A DNA stretch of 64,000 bases from Candidatus Scalinduaceae bacterium (GTDB lineage Bacteria > Planctomycetota > Brocadiia > Brocadiales > Scalinduaceae). The notes under the pieces are model-generated. The model was not told where the DNA came from and did not search any database. It was given only the letters and a program-made list of their open reading frames with translations. Position numbers and translations under genes: made by a program. Positions 40,144 through 51,188 of this stretch are shown piece by piece; position 1 is the stretch's first letter; every line of letters begins with the position of its first letter. The stretch lies in contig JBHICG010000005.1 in NCBI GenBank assembly GCA_046759445.1, positions 32,001 through 96,000 on the forward strand. Reading direction: 5' to 3'.

Positions 40144-41402
40144 ATCAGTTACCAATTCTTAGTATTGTTGTTCCTACTCACAACCGTAGTACTTTGCTGT
40201 TAAAAAACCTAAAGGCTTTGAGTCAACAGCCATGGCCAGTTAATAAGTTTGAGGTAGTGGTGGTAGCCGACACATGTTATGACGACACGGCTGAGAAGGT
40301 AGTTGCTTATTCAAAACAAGCACCTTATCAGTTACGTCTGCTGAGTCATAACCTCAGAAGTGCTGCCGCTACCAGAAATCTTGGCGCAGCCAATGCCCAT
40401 GGTAATGTGCTTCTTTTTCTAGACGACGATGTTATCGCAAGGCCAGAATTGGTAAGTGCACATATGGATGCGCAACACCAGGATGGGATTGTGTTAGGTT
40501 ATTCTAAACCGATACTTCCTGATGAGCCAAGTTGGTGGCAATATGATGCACGTCGTTGGTGGGAAGATACTTTTAGAGAAGTAGGACGACCTGGTCATAG
40601 ATTTTATTATCGTGATTTCTTTAGTGGAAACGTATCAATGTCTGTAGAACTATTCAACAAAGTAGGTGGTTTTGATACTAGGATTACCGGAAGACTCGAA
40701 GATTATGAGCTTGGTTTCCGATTAATAAAGTCTGGAGCTACTTTCCATTTTGAGAAAAATGCAATTGGTTTCCATTATGACAACACAGATCTCCAACATT
40801 GGTTGAGACGCATTAAGGAGGAAGGAGCAGCTGATGTGTTAATGGGTCAACGCCATCCTGAACTACGAAATATTTTATTTGGTAATTTCGACAACCCCTC
40901 GGATCTACGACTACGCTTCATACGGAAATTAGTTTTTTTATCCATATTACGTGATAATCGGTTTGTTAGACTTCTATTATATCTTGCATCAATATCTGAA
41001 CGATTGCGACTGCGAGGCCTTTGGCGAAATATTGTAGGGACGCTAAGGGAATATAATTATTGGAGTGGAGTAACAGCAGCTATTGGTGGTAAACACTCAT
41101 TAGCTGCTTGGCTTCAGGAAGCACCAATGCCACCAGCTATTGAAAGCAATGCACCTATTATAGATTTAGGTAAGCCGTATCGTAAGGGTGTTTTACAAGG
41201 ATTGCTGAAACGAGCTACCAGTTTGGGATTACGCTTAGACTTGGAAGGGATAGAGGTTCTGACTATACCACCACAGCCCGGTATGGAGCCTCTTAAGAAG
41301 GAACATATCGATAGCGCATTACAGGAATTATCAAAACAACAATTTGTTCCAGCACTGGCGCTGCACCTGATTCGTTCGACCATGGGAGGGGTCTTACTAT
41401 GA
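40140..41402 (+). CDS. GT2 glycosyltransferase with an extra C-terminal domain
   Basis: SIVVPTHNR, ATRNLGA, FLDDD, EDYELGFR motifs. ATGA overlap with the previous gene. Confidence 0.9.
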   Translation: MNQLPILSIVVPTHNRSTLLLKNLKALSQQPWPVNKFEVVVVADTCYDDTAEKVVAYSKQAPYQLRLLSHNLRSAAATRNLGAANAHGNVLLFLDDDVIARPELVSAHMDAQHQDGIVLGYSKPILPDEPSWWQYDARRWWEDTFREVGRPGHRFYYRDFFSGNVSMSVELFNKVGGFDTRITGRLEDYELGFRLIKSGATFHFEKNAIGFHYDNTDLQHWLRRIKEEGAADVLMGQRHPELRNILFGNFDNPSDLRLRFIRKLVFLSILRDNRFVRLLLYLASISERLRLRGLWRNIVGTLREYNYWSGVTAAIGGKHSLAAWLQEAPMPPAIESNAPIIDLGKPYRKGVLQGLLKRATSLGLRLDLEGIEVLTIPPQPGMEPLKKEHIDSALQELSKQQFVPALALHLIRSTMGGVLL

Positions 41403-42610
41403 AAATAAAATTTACAGAGATAGATCTTAAGAAGCCATTGCAACCAATTTATGTTGATACGAGGTATAGTCGTCTCTTTGTACTTGTGTGTTGGGGCTAT
41501 TTACCAATTGGAATGTTTCAGTTGGCATGCCAACCCAACTTACGCACTTTTAGTGTTGAGCAATTGCAGAATGAAATTCTTAAATTCGTTGGCTGGCAAC
41601 TATGGGAACAAGCCGTTGCAGGTACTCTGAATGATTTAAAAGGAGGTACAGCTCAATCATTTCCACCAATCAGTGTAGTGGTTTGTACACGTGATCGTGC
41701 CCTATCATTAGAGCGCTGTCTTCAGGCGCTGGCAGATCTAGATTATCCTAATTACGAGGTTGTGGTTGTCGACAACTGTTCTCAAGATAAAGAGGTGAGA
41801 GAGGTTGTAAATCGAAGAGGTTTTCACTATGTTCGCGAAGACAAATCTGGACTTAATTGGGCGCGAAATAGAGGCATCAAAGAAGTAAAATTTAATATTA
41901 TTGCTTACATTGACGATGATGCGCTAGCCGCTCGTGGCTGGTTACGTGGTATAGCAAAGGGGTTCGAGGACCCGGATGTTATGGTTGTGACCGGCATGGT
42001 CCTTTCTAGTGAGTTTGAAGCATTAGCCCAAATTGCTTTTGAAAGCTATGGTGGAATGAGCAAAGGTTTTATAGGACATAAGATTAAGCGAGATGAACTT
42101 AGTAAACGAGATTTATTCTGGGCTAGCAACTGGGGAGTTGGGGCAAATATGGCTTTCAGACGTACCTTGTTTGAAGCTATCGGCAATTTTGATGTTGCAT
42201 TAGACGTCGGGACACCCACCAATGGTGGTGGTGATGTTGAATTTTTCTACCGAGCCGTTGCAGTGGGATATACTCTCTGTTATGAGCCGATTGCAATGGT
42301 TCAACACGTTCATCGGAGAGATAATGCAGCACTCATGCGGCAAGTTTACAATAACGGCCGCTCTTTTGCTACTTACTTGCTAACTATAGTTCGTAATGAG
42401 CCGTATAGGTGCTTCGAAATATTGTGGTTTGCGCTACGCTGGTGGATATGGGATTGGCAGCTTCGAAGACTATTCATCGGTATTATTAAGCGTGACAGAG
42501 AGACACTGCGATTGGCTCTTACAGAATTAAAAGGATGCTCATCGGCACCATGGGCATATTGGAAATCTCGGAAGATAGCATTGCTGTTAATGAAGGACAA
42601 TCATTTATAG
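41399..42610 (+). CDS. GT2 glycosyltransferase, paralog of 38848..40143
   Basis: SVVVCTRDR, GLNWARNRG, YIDDDA, GVGANMA motifs. Confidence 0.9.
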   Translation: MKIKFTEIDLKKPLQPIYVDTRYSRLFVLVCWGYLPIGMFQLACQPNLRTFSVEQLQNEILKFVGWQLWEQAVAGTLNDLKGGTAQSFPPISVVVCTRDRALSLERCLQALADLDYPNYEVVVVDNCSQDKEVREVVNRRGFHYVREDKSGLNWARNRGIKEVKFNIIAYIDDDALAARGWLRGIAKGFEDPDVMVVTGMVLSSEFEALAQIAFESYGGMSKGFIGHKIKRDELSKRDLFWASNWGVGANMAFRRTLFEAIGNFDVALDVGTPTNGGGDVEFFYRAVAVGYTLCYEPIAMVQHVHRRDNAALMRQVYNNGRSFATYLLTIVRNEPYRCFEILWFALRWWIWDWQLRRLFIGIIKRDRETLRLALTELKGCSSAPWAYWKSRKIALLLMKDNHL

Positions 42611-42802
42611 ATGATTAATAGCTCACATCTAAAACATGCAAACTAATATAGATAAGATGCGGTCTACATATAATCAGAAGACGTTTGTGAAATTTGTTTT
42701 CAGTTCTAAAATAACGAAATTACCATAAAAACTCTGATACACAATAAAACAATAAATTATCACTTTTGAAATAAGTTATTCCTGAAAGAGATTAACGGAG
42801 AA

Positions 42803-43648
42803 ATGAAAATGCATGAAATACAACTGGGATGGCCACCAGGCCACTTTTATTCACCAATTCCATCCATAGAAGAAGTAAAAATTAAAGAAAAAAAAATTTT
42901 CAACAATATTCCAAACAAAATTTCAGGAGTTAACTTAAACGAAGAAGGGCAACTTAATTTATTACGTCAGCTTAAGAAATATTATGGCAATCAACCATTC
43001 GAAGCTTACAAAAAAGAAAAATTAAGATATTTCTTTGAAAACCCTAATTACTCTTACGGAGAGGCTGTTATTTTACATTGTATGATTAGATACACACAAC
43101 CAAAAAAAATTGTAGAGATTGGCTCAGGCTATTCCTCATGTGCAATTTTGGATACAAATGAATTTTTTTTTGACAATGCTATTTCCTGCACCTTCATTGA
43201 TCCTTATCCACAATTAATACAGTCCCTAATCAAGGATAGCGATATAGGTAAGATCGAAATTATTCAAAAGAATATTCAAGATGTCGAGATAGATAGGTTC
43301 TCGAAATTATCTGCAGGAGATATTCTTTTTATAGATTCTTCCCATGTTTCCAAGGTAAACAGTGACGTAAATCATATTTTTTTTGAAATCTTACCTTATA
43401 TCAAGCGTGGTGTATATGTTCACTTCCATGATGTTGGATATCCTTTTGAATATCCGAAAGAATGGATATATGAAGGTAGAGCGTGGAATGAAGCCTATTT
43501 GTTGAGAGCATTTTTACAATATAACAACATATTTAAGATACAATTCTACAATTCATTTTTAGCATGCATTTATAAAGACATCGTTAACGATAATATGCCT
43601 ATATTTATGAAAAATCCAGGTACAAGTATCTGGATTCAAAAAATCTAA
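42803..43648 (+). CDS. Class I SAM-dependent methyltransferase (Methyltransf_24-like)
   Basis: GHFYSPIP, IVEIGSGYSS, LFIDSSHV, VHFHD, WNE.Y motifs. Confidence 0.85.
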   Translation: MKMHEIQLGWPPGHFYSPIPSIEEVKIKEKKIFNNIPNKISGVNLNEEGQLNLLRQLKKYYGNQPFEAYKKEKLRYFFENPNYSYGEAVILHCMIRYTQPKKIVEIGSGYSSCAILDTNEFFFDNAISCTFIDPYPQLIQSLIKDSDIGKIEIIQKNIQDVEIDRFSKLSAGDILFIDSSHVSKVNSDVNHIFFEILPYIKRGVYVHFHDVGYPFEYPKEWIYEGRAWNEAYLLRAFLQYNNIFKIQFYNSFLACIYKDIVNDNMPIFMKNPGTSIWIQKI

Positions 43649-43881
43649 ATCTAGTAAATATTCTGCCTGCAAAAGTGAGCAAACAATTTTGTGGAATCTC
43701 TAAATTGGACAATCCATCGGAGACACAGAAGGGATATGGTGGAGTATCTAACGAGGAAGAGGAAATGGCAGCTAAACACTATCAATGTTCAAGGTAAAAA
43801 TCTCTCTTTTTAGAAAGGTTTCTGGTAAATCCTAAGCTATTAGAGTTGGAAAAGTTATTACAGATTTTAAGGGGTTAATTA

Positions 43882-44673
43882 ATGAATGACGTAAAAATTG
43901 CTTATGAACCCGATCTTATACCACCGCTTAATCTGATGCGTGAGGAAGGCATAGACGTTCTTGAAGATTGGTTTCGATGGGGTGAAGAGTGGAGTATGCT
44001 CCTGCGTGTTTACGGTGGAATAGCCATGAACAGCAAAATCCTTGAAATAGGCTGTGGGCTTGGACGAACCGCATTTCCTCTACGCTATATCCTGTCAACC
44101 GATGGCTCGTACGACGGATTTGAGATATGCCATAACAAGATTGAATTTCTGGAAAAACATTTTCATAAGGCATATCCAAACTTCCACTTTATTTGGTCTA
44201 ATATTCACAATACTTACTACAATCCTCAAGGACAGATATGTGCTGCTGATTATCGCTTCCCTTATTCGAATAACTCGTTTGATATTGTCTATGCAGCTTC
44301 AGTTTTTACACACATGTTACCCGAAGCAGCCGCAAATTATTTCCGGCAGACGGCTCGGGTACTTAAGCCAAATGGTTGCTGTATCTTTTCCTTTTTCTTA
44401 CTCGACAATTATCAACCTCGACAGTCACGTCCATTCAGATTTGCACATTCCAGATTTAATTTTGATTATTATTATGGTAACTACGGTGAAGATTTCGCTA
44501 TCGCAGAACCAGAGAACCCTGAGCAGATGACGGCTTATAGCCTTCATTTAATCGAACGCATTGCAACTCAGGCAGGCTTAAAACTGATAAGGACTTCTAT
44601 GCCAGGTTGCTGGTCTGGTACTACATCAGCCTGGATCAGTGCACAGGACCTGGTAATCCTCAGAAAATACTGA
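43882..44673 (+). CDS. Class I SAM-dependent methyltransferase
   Basis: ILEIGCGLGR, FDIVYAASVFTHM, RVLKPNG motifs. Confidence 0.88.
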   Translation: MNDVKIAYEPDLIPPLNLMREEGIDVLEDWFRWGEEWSMLLRVYGGIAMNSKILEIGCGLGRTAFPLRYILSTDGSYDGFEICHNKIEFLEKHFHKAYPNFHFIWSNIHNTYYNPQGQICAADYRFPYSNNSFDIVYAASVFTHMLPEAAANYFRQTARVLKPNGCCIFSFFLLDNYQPRQSRPFRFAHSRFNFDYYYGNYGEDFAIAEPENPEQMTAYSLHLIERIATQAGLKLIRTSMPGCWSGTTSAWISAQDLVILRKY

Positions 44674-44760
44674 TTGAAAACGAATGAAGCAAGCTTAAAG
44701 CGGAAGTCAATCTGTGGATATTTTTTGTAAATCTCATAAAAACAAATTACTGATATAATC

Positions 44761-46308
44761 ATGTTAATATCCTCAAAATGGTTTAAGAAGCAAATACTGA
44801 TCTTTATGGTGATTTGTGGGGTACTAAGTTCTATTTATTACTTTAGCTGGTGGTTCGAACCAAATCGTCTTAAAAGTCCAGTATTTTTGGTATTTTTGGT
44901 TGTAGCGGTTATTTATTATCTTGTTCGAGTTTTCTCCGTTTGGTATATCTACCTGCATGCTAAGCTTCCAGAGACCGTTGAGCCACCATCTGACCTTACG
45001 GTGGATGTATTCATCCCTACATACAACGAACCCCTCAGGCTAGTCGAACGTACTCTGAAGGCTGCTATAGCTATACGTTATCCTCACCACACTTATCTCA
45101 TTGACGATGGACACAAGACCGAATATCACCAACTAGCCAAAAGTTTAGGAGCACATTATCTATCTCGTCCTACAAATGAAGACAATAAAGCGGGAAACAT
45201 TAACAATGCTCTGGCGCATTCAACTAGTGAATTTATTGCTATCTTTGATGTGGACCATATCCCGGCACCGGATTTTCTTGATCGCTCCCTGGGGCCTTTT
45301 AGTGATCCAAAAATCGGCTTCGTTCAGGTTATGCTCAGTCATTACAACCAGGGTGAGAGTTTCGTAGCCGATGGGGCCGCCGAGAGGAATGACAGCTTCT
45401 TTGGTGCACCGATGTTGGGGCTACATGGCTGTGATAACGCACACGCCTTCGGTAGTAACTGCATCTTGCGTCGCAAAGCTCTGGTATCTATCGGTGGATA
45501 CAAACCAGGCTTATCTGAGGATTTAAATACATCTATTCATCTTCATGCAAACGGTTGGCGTTCACATTACGTACCAGAGGTTTTAGCACAAGGACTTGAA
45601 CCAGATGATCTAGAGTCCTTCTTCAAACAGCAATTCAAGTGGTCGAGTGGGGTTTTCACTGTTCTGAGGGATATCTATCCACGTCTGGCAAATCGCCTTA
45701 GTATGAAAATGAATATCTGCTACCTATGGCGGTTATCCTGTTACCTGGCTGGTCCAATGGTGGGCATACATTTACTGTTTACCATCCTAGTTCTATTCCA
45801 GGGTTCAGAGATTGCAACTTCTTATTTTGTAGATTATCTGATACATGGGTCACCATTTGTCATCATGTCCACCATCATCACATATTTTGTGAACAAAAAC
45901 TACCGCACAGCTCCATTATCTCACGCTAAAATACCATTGTGTGGCTTGTTCCTGGCCTATGGTACCTGGCCGGTTTATACATTGTCTTTCATCTATTCAC
46001 TTTTCGGTATTAAAGTTCCCTTTATTGCTACGCCCAAAGAAGCCAAAGGTGGCAACTTCCTGAAACTCATCCATCCACAAATCATCACCGTGATATTACT
46101 AATCGCAGCTATCATCTGGAGATTATATCAGGGCATTGATTATTCCTGTATGTTTATCATCTCTTTCGCCTTGTTACAAGTTTTCATGCATGGTGGAATC
46201 TTCTATGCCGTGTATGAGGGGTGGCACAAGTGTTTTCAAGTTAAAACAGTCAGATTGCACACTCGGCTACCCGTCAAAGTTGAGCATCCCTACACCATTG
46301 TTAATTAA
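44761..46308 (+). CDS. Cellulose-synthase-like processive GT2 (BcsA-like, no PilZ tail)
   Basis: VDVFIPTYNEP, DDG, KAGNINNAL, FDVDH, SED and QQFKW (variant of QxxRW). TM helices on both sides. Confidence 0.85.
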   Translation: MLISSKWFKKQILIFMVICGVLSSIYYFSWWFEPNRLKSPVFLVFLVVAVIYYLVRVFSVWYIYLHAKLPETVEPPSDLTVDVFIPTYNEPLRLVERTLKAAIAIRYPHHTYLIDDGHKTEYHQLAKSLGAHYLSRPTNEDNKAGNINNALAHSTSEFIAIFDVDHIPAPDFLDRSLGPFSDPKIGFVQVMLSHYNQGESFVADGAAERNDSFFGAPMLGLHGCDNAHAFGSNCILRRKALVSIGGYKPGLSEDLNTSIHLHANGWRSHYVPEVLAQGLEPDDLESFFKQQFKWSSGVFTVLRDIYPRLANRLSMKMNICYLWRLSCYLAGPMVGIHLLFTILVLFQGSEIATSYFVDYLIHGSPFVIMSTIITYFVNKNYRTAPLSHAKIPLCGLFLAYGTWPVYTLSFIYSLFGIKVPFIATPKEAKGGNFLKLIHPQIITVILLIAAIIWRLYQGIDYSCMFIISFALLQVFMHGGIFYAVYEGWHKCFQVKTVRLHTRLPVKVEHPYTIVN

Positions 46309-46389
46309 TTCGAGTCTCCGTTCTATTCACATAGTCACAATATAATATTACACTGTAAAATCTCTTTTATTTACAAGTTTAGTTGTATT

Positions 46390-46500
46390 CGTATTAGCGG
46401 AAACAATGGAAAGTCTCCATTGGAGATTGCTAGTGTAAATACAAAAGGTGTAAATTGGGTCAAATTTTATCAAAAACAGTAACACTAAACGGACACGGTA
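46390..46500 (+). pseudogene. Possible transposase C-terminal remnant with IS right end
   Basis: Reads RISGNNGKSPLEIASVNTKGVNWVKFYQKQ-stop, resembling a DDE transposase C-terminus (GK.P.E.A...W). Followed by CACTAAACGGACACGG. Confidence 0.4.
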
Positions 46501-46588
46501 CTCATAATTTGTATATCCTGGGACGAAATGCCGAGTTCAAATACGAGAGGATTGATGATATCTTCCTTTCAGCAGAAAATATCATCAA

Positions 46589-48253
46589 ATGTATTCAACA
46601 GTTATAAAATTTAAGATGAATAAAACCCAGAAGTTTCTGCTAAAGAATGAAAAACTATTTAAGCATTCTTTAATTGCTATTGGAGTCTCTTTGATTTTAA
46701 TTGGGATCTTTGTTGATTTCTCCTGGTTGAAGGCAATTGCTGATTCTTATGCGGCAGATGGTATTTGCGAGCCTTGTAATATACTTAATCCGTCTTTTAT
46801 GATTCTTCCTATTGGTGGAAGTGCCATAATCATATTTGCAATCAAATACCTTAATGACTTATTAAATAGAACAAACGACCTAAAGAAGATTCTTGGCTTG
46901 GCTATTTTTTTTGCACTTGTACTGTACTTAATGTCATCTCAGATTAGATATTTCGATGATGATGAACATGAACATTTACACAAAGCATGGCTTTTACAAG
47001 AAAAAATAATTCCTTTCATCAGCGTAAACTCAATGCATACTCCCTTACTCGAGTGGCTTATTGTCTTATTTATGCAAATTACTGGAGAGTCAATAACCAT
47101 TGTACAAACAATGAGGGTATTTATTTTTTTTGTTTCATGCTCTTCGTTGTGCCTAACATACATAATCATAAAAGAATTATTTCAATCCAAAATCAATGCA
47201 TTGCTTGGAGTATTGCTAATAATAAGCAATCTAGTGTGGATCCATAAGTCTCCTGAAATCAGACCTGATAACATCATGCTTTTCTTTGTATTGCTTTCAT
47301 TTTGGATTCTGATTAAATATTACAAAAATCCAAAAACCAAATACTTGTTTATGTTTGGCTTGTGTGCTTTTTTATCTATGCTTGGAAAGCAAAATGCAGC
47401 TATTTTCTATTTTGCTTTAGGAGTAGTCTTTGGTTATGATGCTATTTTCAAGAGGAAATTATTGAATAAAAAAACAATTATTTTTGGAATAATCAGTGTG
47501 GTAATTTTATTTCAGATAGATGTTATACGGGAATTCTTCATGGTAAATATTATGAGACACATAATACCAAATGAAAGTAAATTTTTACCGGACAAACTCT
47601 TAGCAAAAGTTTGGTTGTTTAATCCAGCAATATTTTTACTGTTCATTTTTCAGTTATTTTCTCCAATAAAGTTCGACAAGAAATACGATCTTTTTAAAAA
47701 ATATTTGATTGGTGTTTCTTTTACATGTTTCGCATTTTTATTCTTTATGAACTTTCCTTGGTTACAAGAAATGCTGGTAATGGTCGTATTTATGGGGATA
47801 CTTGCCTCAAACATGCTTGCGGAAATAATACACAAATTAAACTGGAAATTGGGTTATATCCTTGTCGGCGCAATAATAATGCCTACTTTAATACTTACAA
47901 CACACACTGTGTTGTTTAGGACATTTACCGATGATATAGAGACAACAAAAACAATTCTGGAAATATCTAAAGGAGATGAACTTGTTTTTGATGCATACGG
48001 TAAAGCAATATTCAGGCATCATCCGTTAGACCCAAAACATCTTAAATATTCCTCAAAAAAATTTAACAGTTTATGTGAACTCAAGAAGAGTAATGTGAAA
48101 TTTATAATAAAAGATTCTCGTGTTTACCCAAAACTACCGAAAGAAACATTGAACTGGTTTCAAGAAAATTTTATACAAACAAATGAAAATCCAAATATTT
48201 TTGTTCGAATCAATTATGCCTACAAAAAAAGCGAGCTGGTACGACCCCATTGA
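46589..48253 (+). CDS. GT-C fold membrane glycosyltransferase (ArnT/PMT_2-like)
   Basis: Many TM helices, DDDEHEHLH in the first loop, HTPL, EIRPD and KQ motifs. Confidence 0.75.
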   Translation: MYSTVIKFKMNKTQKFLLKNEKLFKHSLIAIGVSLILIGIFVDFSWLKAIADSYAADGICEPCNILNPSFMILPIGGSAIIIFAIKYLNDLLNRTNDLKKILGLAIFFALVLYLMSSQIRYFDDDEHEHLHKAWLLQEKIIPFISVNSMHTPLLEWLIVLFMQITGESITIVQTMRVFIFFVSCSSLCLTYIIIKELFQSKINALLGVLLIISNLVWIHKSPEIRPDNIMLFFVLLSFWILIKYYKNPKTKYLFMFGLCAFLSMLGKQNAAIFYFALGVVFGYDAIFKRKLLNKKTIIFGIISVVILFQIDVIREFFMVNIMRHIIPNESKFLPDKLLAKVWLFNPAIFLLFIFQLFSPIKFDKKYDLFKKYLIGVSFTCFAFLFFMNFPWLQEMLVMVVFMGILASNMLAEIIHKLNWKLGYILVGAIIMPTLILTTHTVLFRTFTDDIETTKTILEISKGDELVFDAYGKAIFRHHPLDPKHLKYSSKKFNSLCELKKSNVKFIIKDSRVYPKLPKETLNWFQENFIQTNENPNIFVRINYAYKKSELVRPH

Positions 48254-48531
48254 CTGGAAATTAATTCTTCAAATAGCTCTATGTCTTTCTGGAATGACTT
48301 CACAGTCTTGAGGTAAGAAATGTGGTCATACCCAATACTGTTCTGCTCAGACATTAATAATTTCTGCTTCTTTTTCTTCCTTCCATAAATACTCCTTCTA
48401 AGGTCATCTATCTGTGTTTTAGCTTCGTTGTTCTCAGCTTTTAATCTTGAATTCTCTCTCTCAAGTACATTAACATAACTGCACATCCTTCTCTTATCAC
48501 AATTTATACCCATTCCCTTGTTTTTCTTCAT
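48220..48531 (-). pseudogene. Possible IS66-type transposase N-terminal fragment
   Basis: Coiled coil LERENSRLKAEN...LRRSIYGRKK resembles an IS66 TnpC N-terminus. Short, and overlaps the end of the convergent gene. Confidence 0.35.
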
Positions 48532-48746
48532 ACTTGAATCTCTATAAGTTTGTCTCTGAATACTCTACATAACAGATAAACATACACCTTTTCCATCTTC
48601 CCATGGTAGATGTTATGAACTGCATTTCTTAACACTTCCTTACTTTTTAGCAATATGCTTTTTTAACTAATGTCCTTATATTATTATAGTATTTTTGTTG
48701 GTATAATATGTGAGTTGATAAAAATAAACCTCATAAGGAGGAAAAT

Positions 48747-50999
48747 ATGACGGTTGAGATATGTAAAGAACTGTACAAAAATCTAGAAAAAAAGCATCAA
48801 AAAGCAAGAAACGTACTTGGAAGATGTTTGACTCTTACGGAAAAAATCCTTTATTCCCATATGAAGCTGGAGGACATAAAGCTATATGTACGTAAGGAAT
48901 CTGATGTAGAACTTTACCCTGATAGAGTGGCAATGCAGGATGCAACTGCTCAGATGGCAATTTTACAATTCATGTCTTCGGGTATTTCAAGAGTGCAAGC
49001 GCCGACAACCGTTCACTGTGATCACCTGATAATGGCATATAAGGGCGTAAATGATGATTTGCCAGTTGCAAAGGTGATAAACAAGGAGGTTTATGACTTT
49101 TTATCATCTGCTGCAAAAAAGTATGGTATGGGCTTCTGGGAGCCGGGTGCAGGGATTATCCATCAGGTAGTCCTGGAGAATTATGCATTTCCAGGCGGTC
49201 TGCTCATTGGTACCGACTCACACACTCCCAATGGAGGCGGCCTGAGTATGCTGGCAATTGGTGTGGGAGGAGCCGATGCAGTAGACGTTATGGTTGGATT
49301 ACCGTTTGGTATAAAATGGCCAGGTATAATAGGAATAAAATTGACTGGTAAATTATCCGGTTGGACGTCTCCCAAAGATGTTATCTTAAGGGTAATGAAA
49401 GAGCTTACGGTCAAGGGTGGGACAGGCTCTGTAGTAGAATACTTTGGTGGGGGTGTTAGTTCCATTTCATGCACGGGTAAAGCAACTATATGTAATATGG
49501 GGGCTGAGCATGGCGCCACGACCTCCACATTTCCTTTCGATGCACGGATGTCTGACTATCTAAATGCAACTGACAGGTCTGATATCGCTACAATGGCAGA
49601 GGAACATGCAGGGTATCTCAGGGCCGATGATGAGGTATATGCAGTTCCTCACAAATATTATGATAAGATTATAGAAATTGATTTATCAGAACTCGAGCCA
49701 TTGGTCTGTGGTCCCCATACGCCTGATCTGGTTCGTCCAGTATCAGAATTCAAGGATGAAATAACACAAGAAGGTTATCCTGATAATATTAAATACGCAC
49801 TCATCGGTTCCTGCACAAACTCTTCTTATGAGGACATGGGTCGTGCAGCCGCTGTGGCAAAAGATGCAACAGCAAAGGGGTTAGAGCTGGCAATTCCATT
49901 ACTTGTAACTCCAGGATCAAACTTGATTGAAGATACCATCAGGCGTGATGGTCAGATGAAGACCTTAACTGATGCAGGGGCAACCGTACTGGCCAATGCA
50001 TGCGGGCCGTGTATAGGACAATGGAAACGGACTGATATCAAGAAGGGTGAGAGAAATACCATTATTACTTCTTATAACAGAAACTTCCGTGCTCGTAACG
50101 ATGGTAACGTAGAGACACTTTCATTCATTGCATCTCCTGAAATAGTCACGGCCTTTGCCTTCTCTGGTTCTCTTTCCTTTAATCCGTTAAAGGATAAATT
50201 AAAAACACTAACTGGACAGGATGTGACGTTAGCAGAACCATACGCGGAAGAACTGCCATCTGCTGGATTTGCTGGCCGTAGCAAGGGCTACGTGCCTCCT
50301 GTGGAAGATAGTTCCAGAGTAAAGGTTGTCATCAACCCCGAATCAGAACGCCTTCAGGCATTAACTCCGTTCGCTCCATGGAATGGCGAGGATTATGTAG
50401 ACGTTCCTTTGTTATTAAAGGCTTCTGGAAAATGTACAACCGATCATATTTCGCCGGCTGGTCCATGGCTCAAGTTTCGAGGACACCTGGATCGAATATC
50501 AGATAACATGTTTTCTGGCGCCGTGAATGCCTTTGATGGTTCAACCGGTACTGGTAAAAACACATTTACGGGCGAAAGTGGTATAAAGTATTCAGAGATT
50601 GCCCGTGATTATAAGGCGCGTGGGGTATCATGGGTTGTTGTAGGTGATGAGAACTATGGGGAGGGGTCTTCACGTGAACATGCCGCCATGTCTCCAAGAT
50701 ACCTTGGAGCTGTGGCCGTTATTACCCGTTCCTTTGCCCGAATCCATGAGACCAATTTGAAAAAACAGGGAATCATTCCGCTGACATTCATCAATCCATC
50801 TGACTATGAAAAGTTCCGTGAAGATGATAGAATCTCAATCATTGGATTAGATAAATTAGCACCGGGTAAAGATGTCTCAGTAAAGATAAAGCATGATGAT
50901 GACACAGAAGAAGATATTGAAACCAGACATACGATGTCTGAGCAACAAATAGAATGGTTTCGTGCCGGTTCCGCCTTAAATAAAATCGCCAGGGATTAA
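48747..50999 (+). CDS. acnA: Aconitate hydratase (mitochondrial-type AcnA family)
   Basis: DRVAMQDATAQMA, HCDHLI, GTDSHTPN, GSCTNSSYED, ACGPCIGQW, TDHISPAG, GSSREHAA motifs. Confidence 0.95.
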   Translation: MTVEICKELYKNLEKKHQKARNVLGRCLTLTEKILYSHMKLEDIKLYVRKESDVELYPDRVAMQDATAQMAILQFMSSGISRVQAPTTVHCDHLIMAYKGVNDDLPVAKVINKEVYDFLSSAAKKYGMGFWEPGAGIIHQVVLENYAFPGGLLIGTDSHTPNGGGLSMLAIGVGGADAVDVMVGLPFGIKWPGIIGIKLTGKLSGWTSPKDVILRVMKELTVKGGTGSVVEYFGGGVSSISCTGKATICNMGAEHGATTSTFPFDARMSDYLNATDRSDIATMAEEHAGYLRADDEVYAVPHKYYDKIIEIDLSELEPLVCGPHTPDLVRPVSEFKDEITQEGYPDNIKYALIGSCTNSSYEDMGRAAAVAKDATAKGLELAIPLLVTPGSNLIEDTIRRDGQMKTLTDAGATVLANACGPCIGQWKRTDIKKGERNTIITSYNRNFRARNDGNVETLSFIASPEIVTAFAFSGSLSFNPLKDKLKTLTGQDVTLAEPYAEELPSAGFAGRSKGYVPPVEDSSRVKVVINPESERLQALTPFAPWNGEDYVDVPLLLKASGKCTTDHISPAGPWLKFRGHLDRISDNMFSGAVNAFDGSTGTGKNTFTGESGIKYSEIARDYKARGVSWVVVGDENYGEGSSREHAAMSPRYLGAVAVITRSFARIHETNLKKQGIIPLTFINPSDYEKFREDDRISIIGLDKLAPGKDVSVKIKHDDDTEEDIETRHTMSEQQIEWFRAGSALNKIARD

Positions 51000-51137
51000 G
51001 TGTGTAGCAGTAGCTGATCTAGAGAGGATAAACAGAATTTAAGAGATTTAATCCAGTAAACACTGATATTTTCATCCCTATAACATTACACTATTCAAAA
51101 TCGCTTGAACCTGGAAGTCATGATTTGAGTGTTAAAT

Positions 51138-51177
51138 GGAAAAGAGGCACGCAAAGTATTAAGCGTACCTCTTTTCC
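51138..51177. terminator. Bidirectional terminator
   Basis: GGAAAAGAGG(C)ACGC / GCGT(A)CCTCTTTTCC stem between convergent genes. Confidence 0.7.
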
Positions 51178-51188
51178 CTATTGACTGG

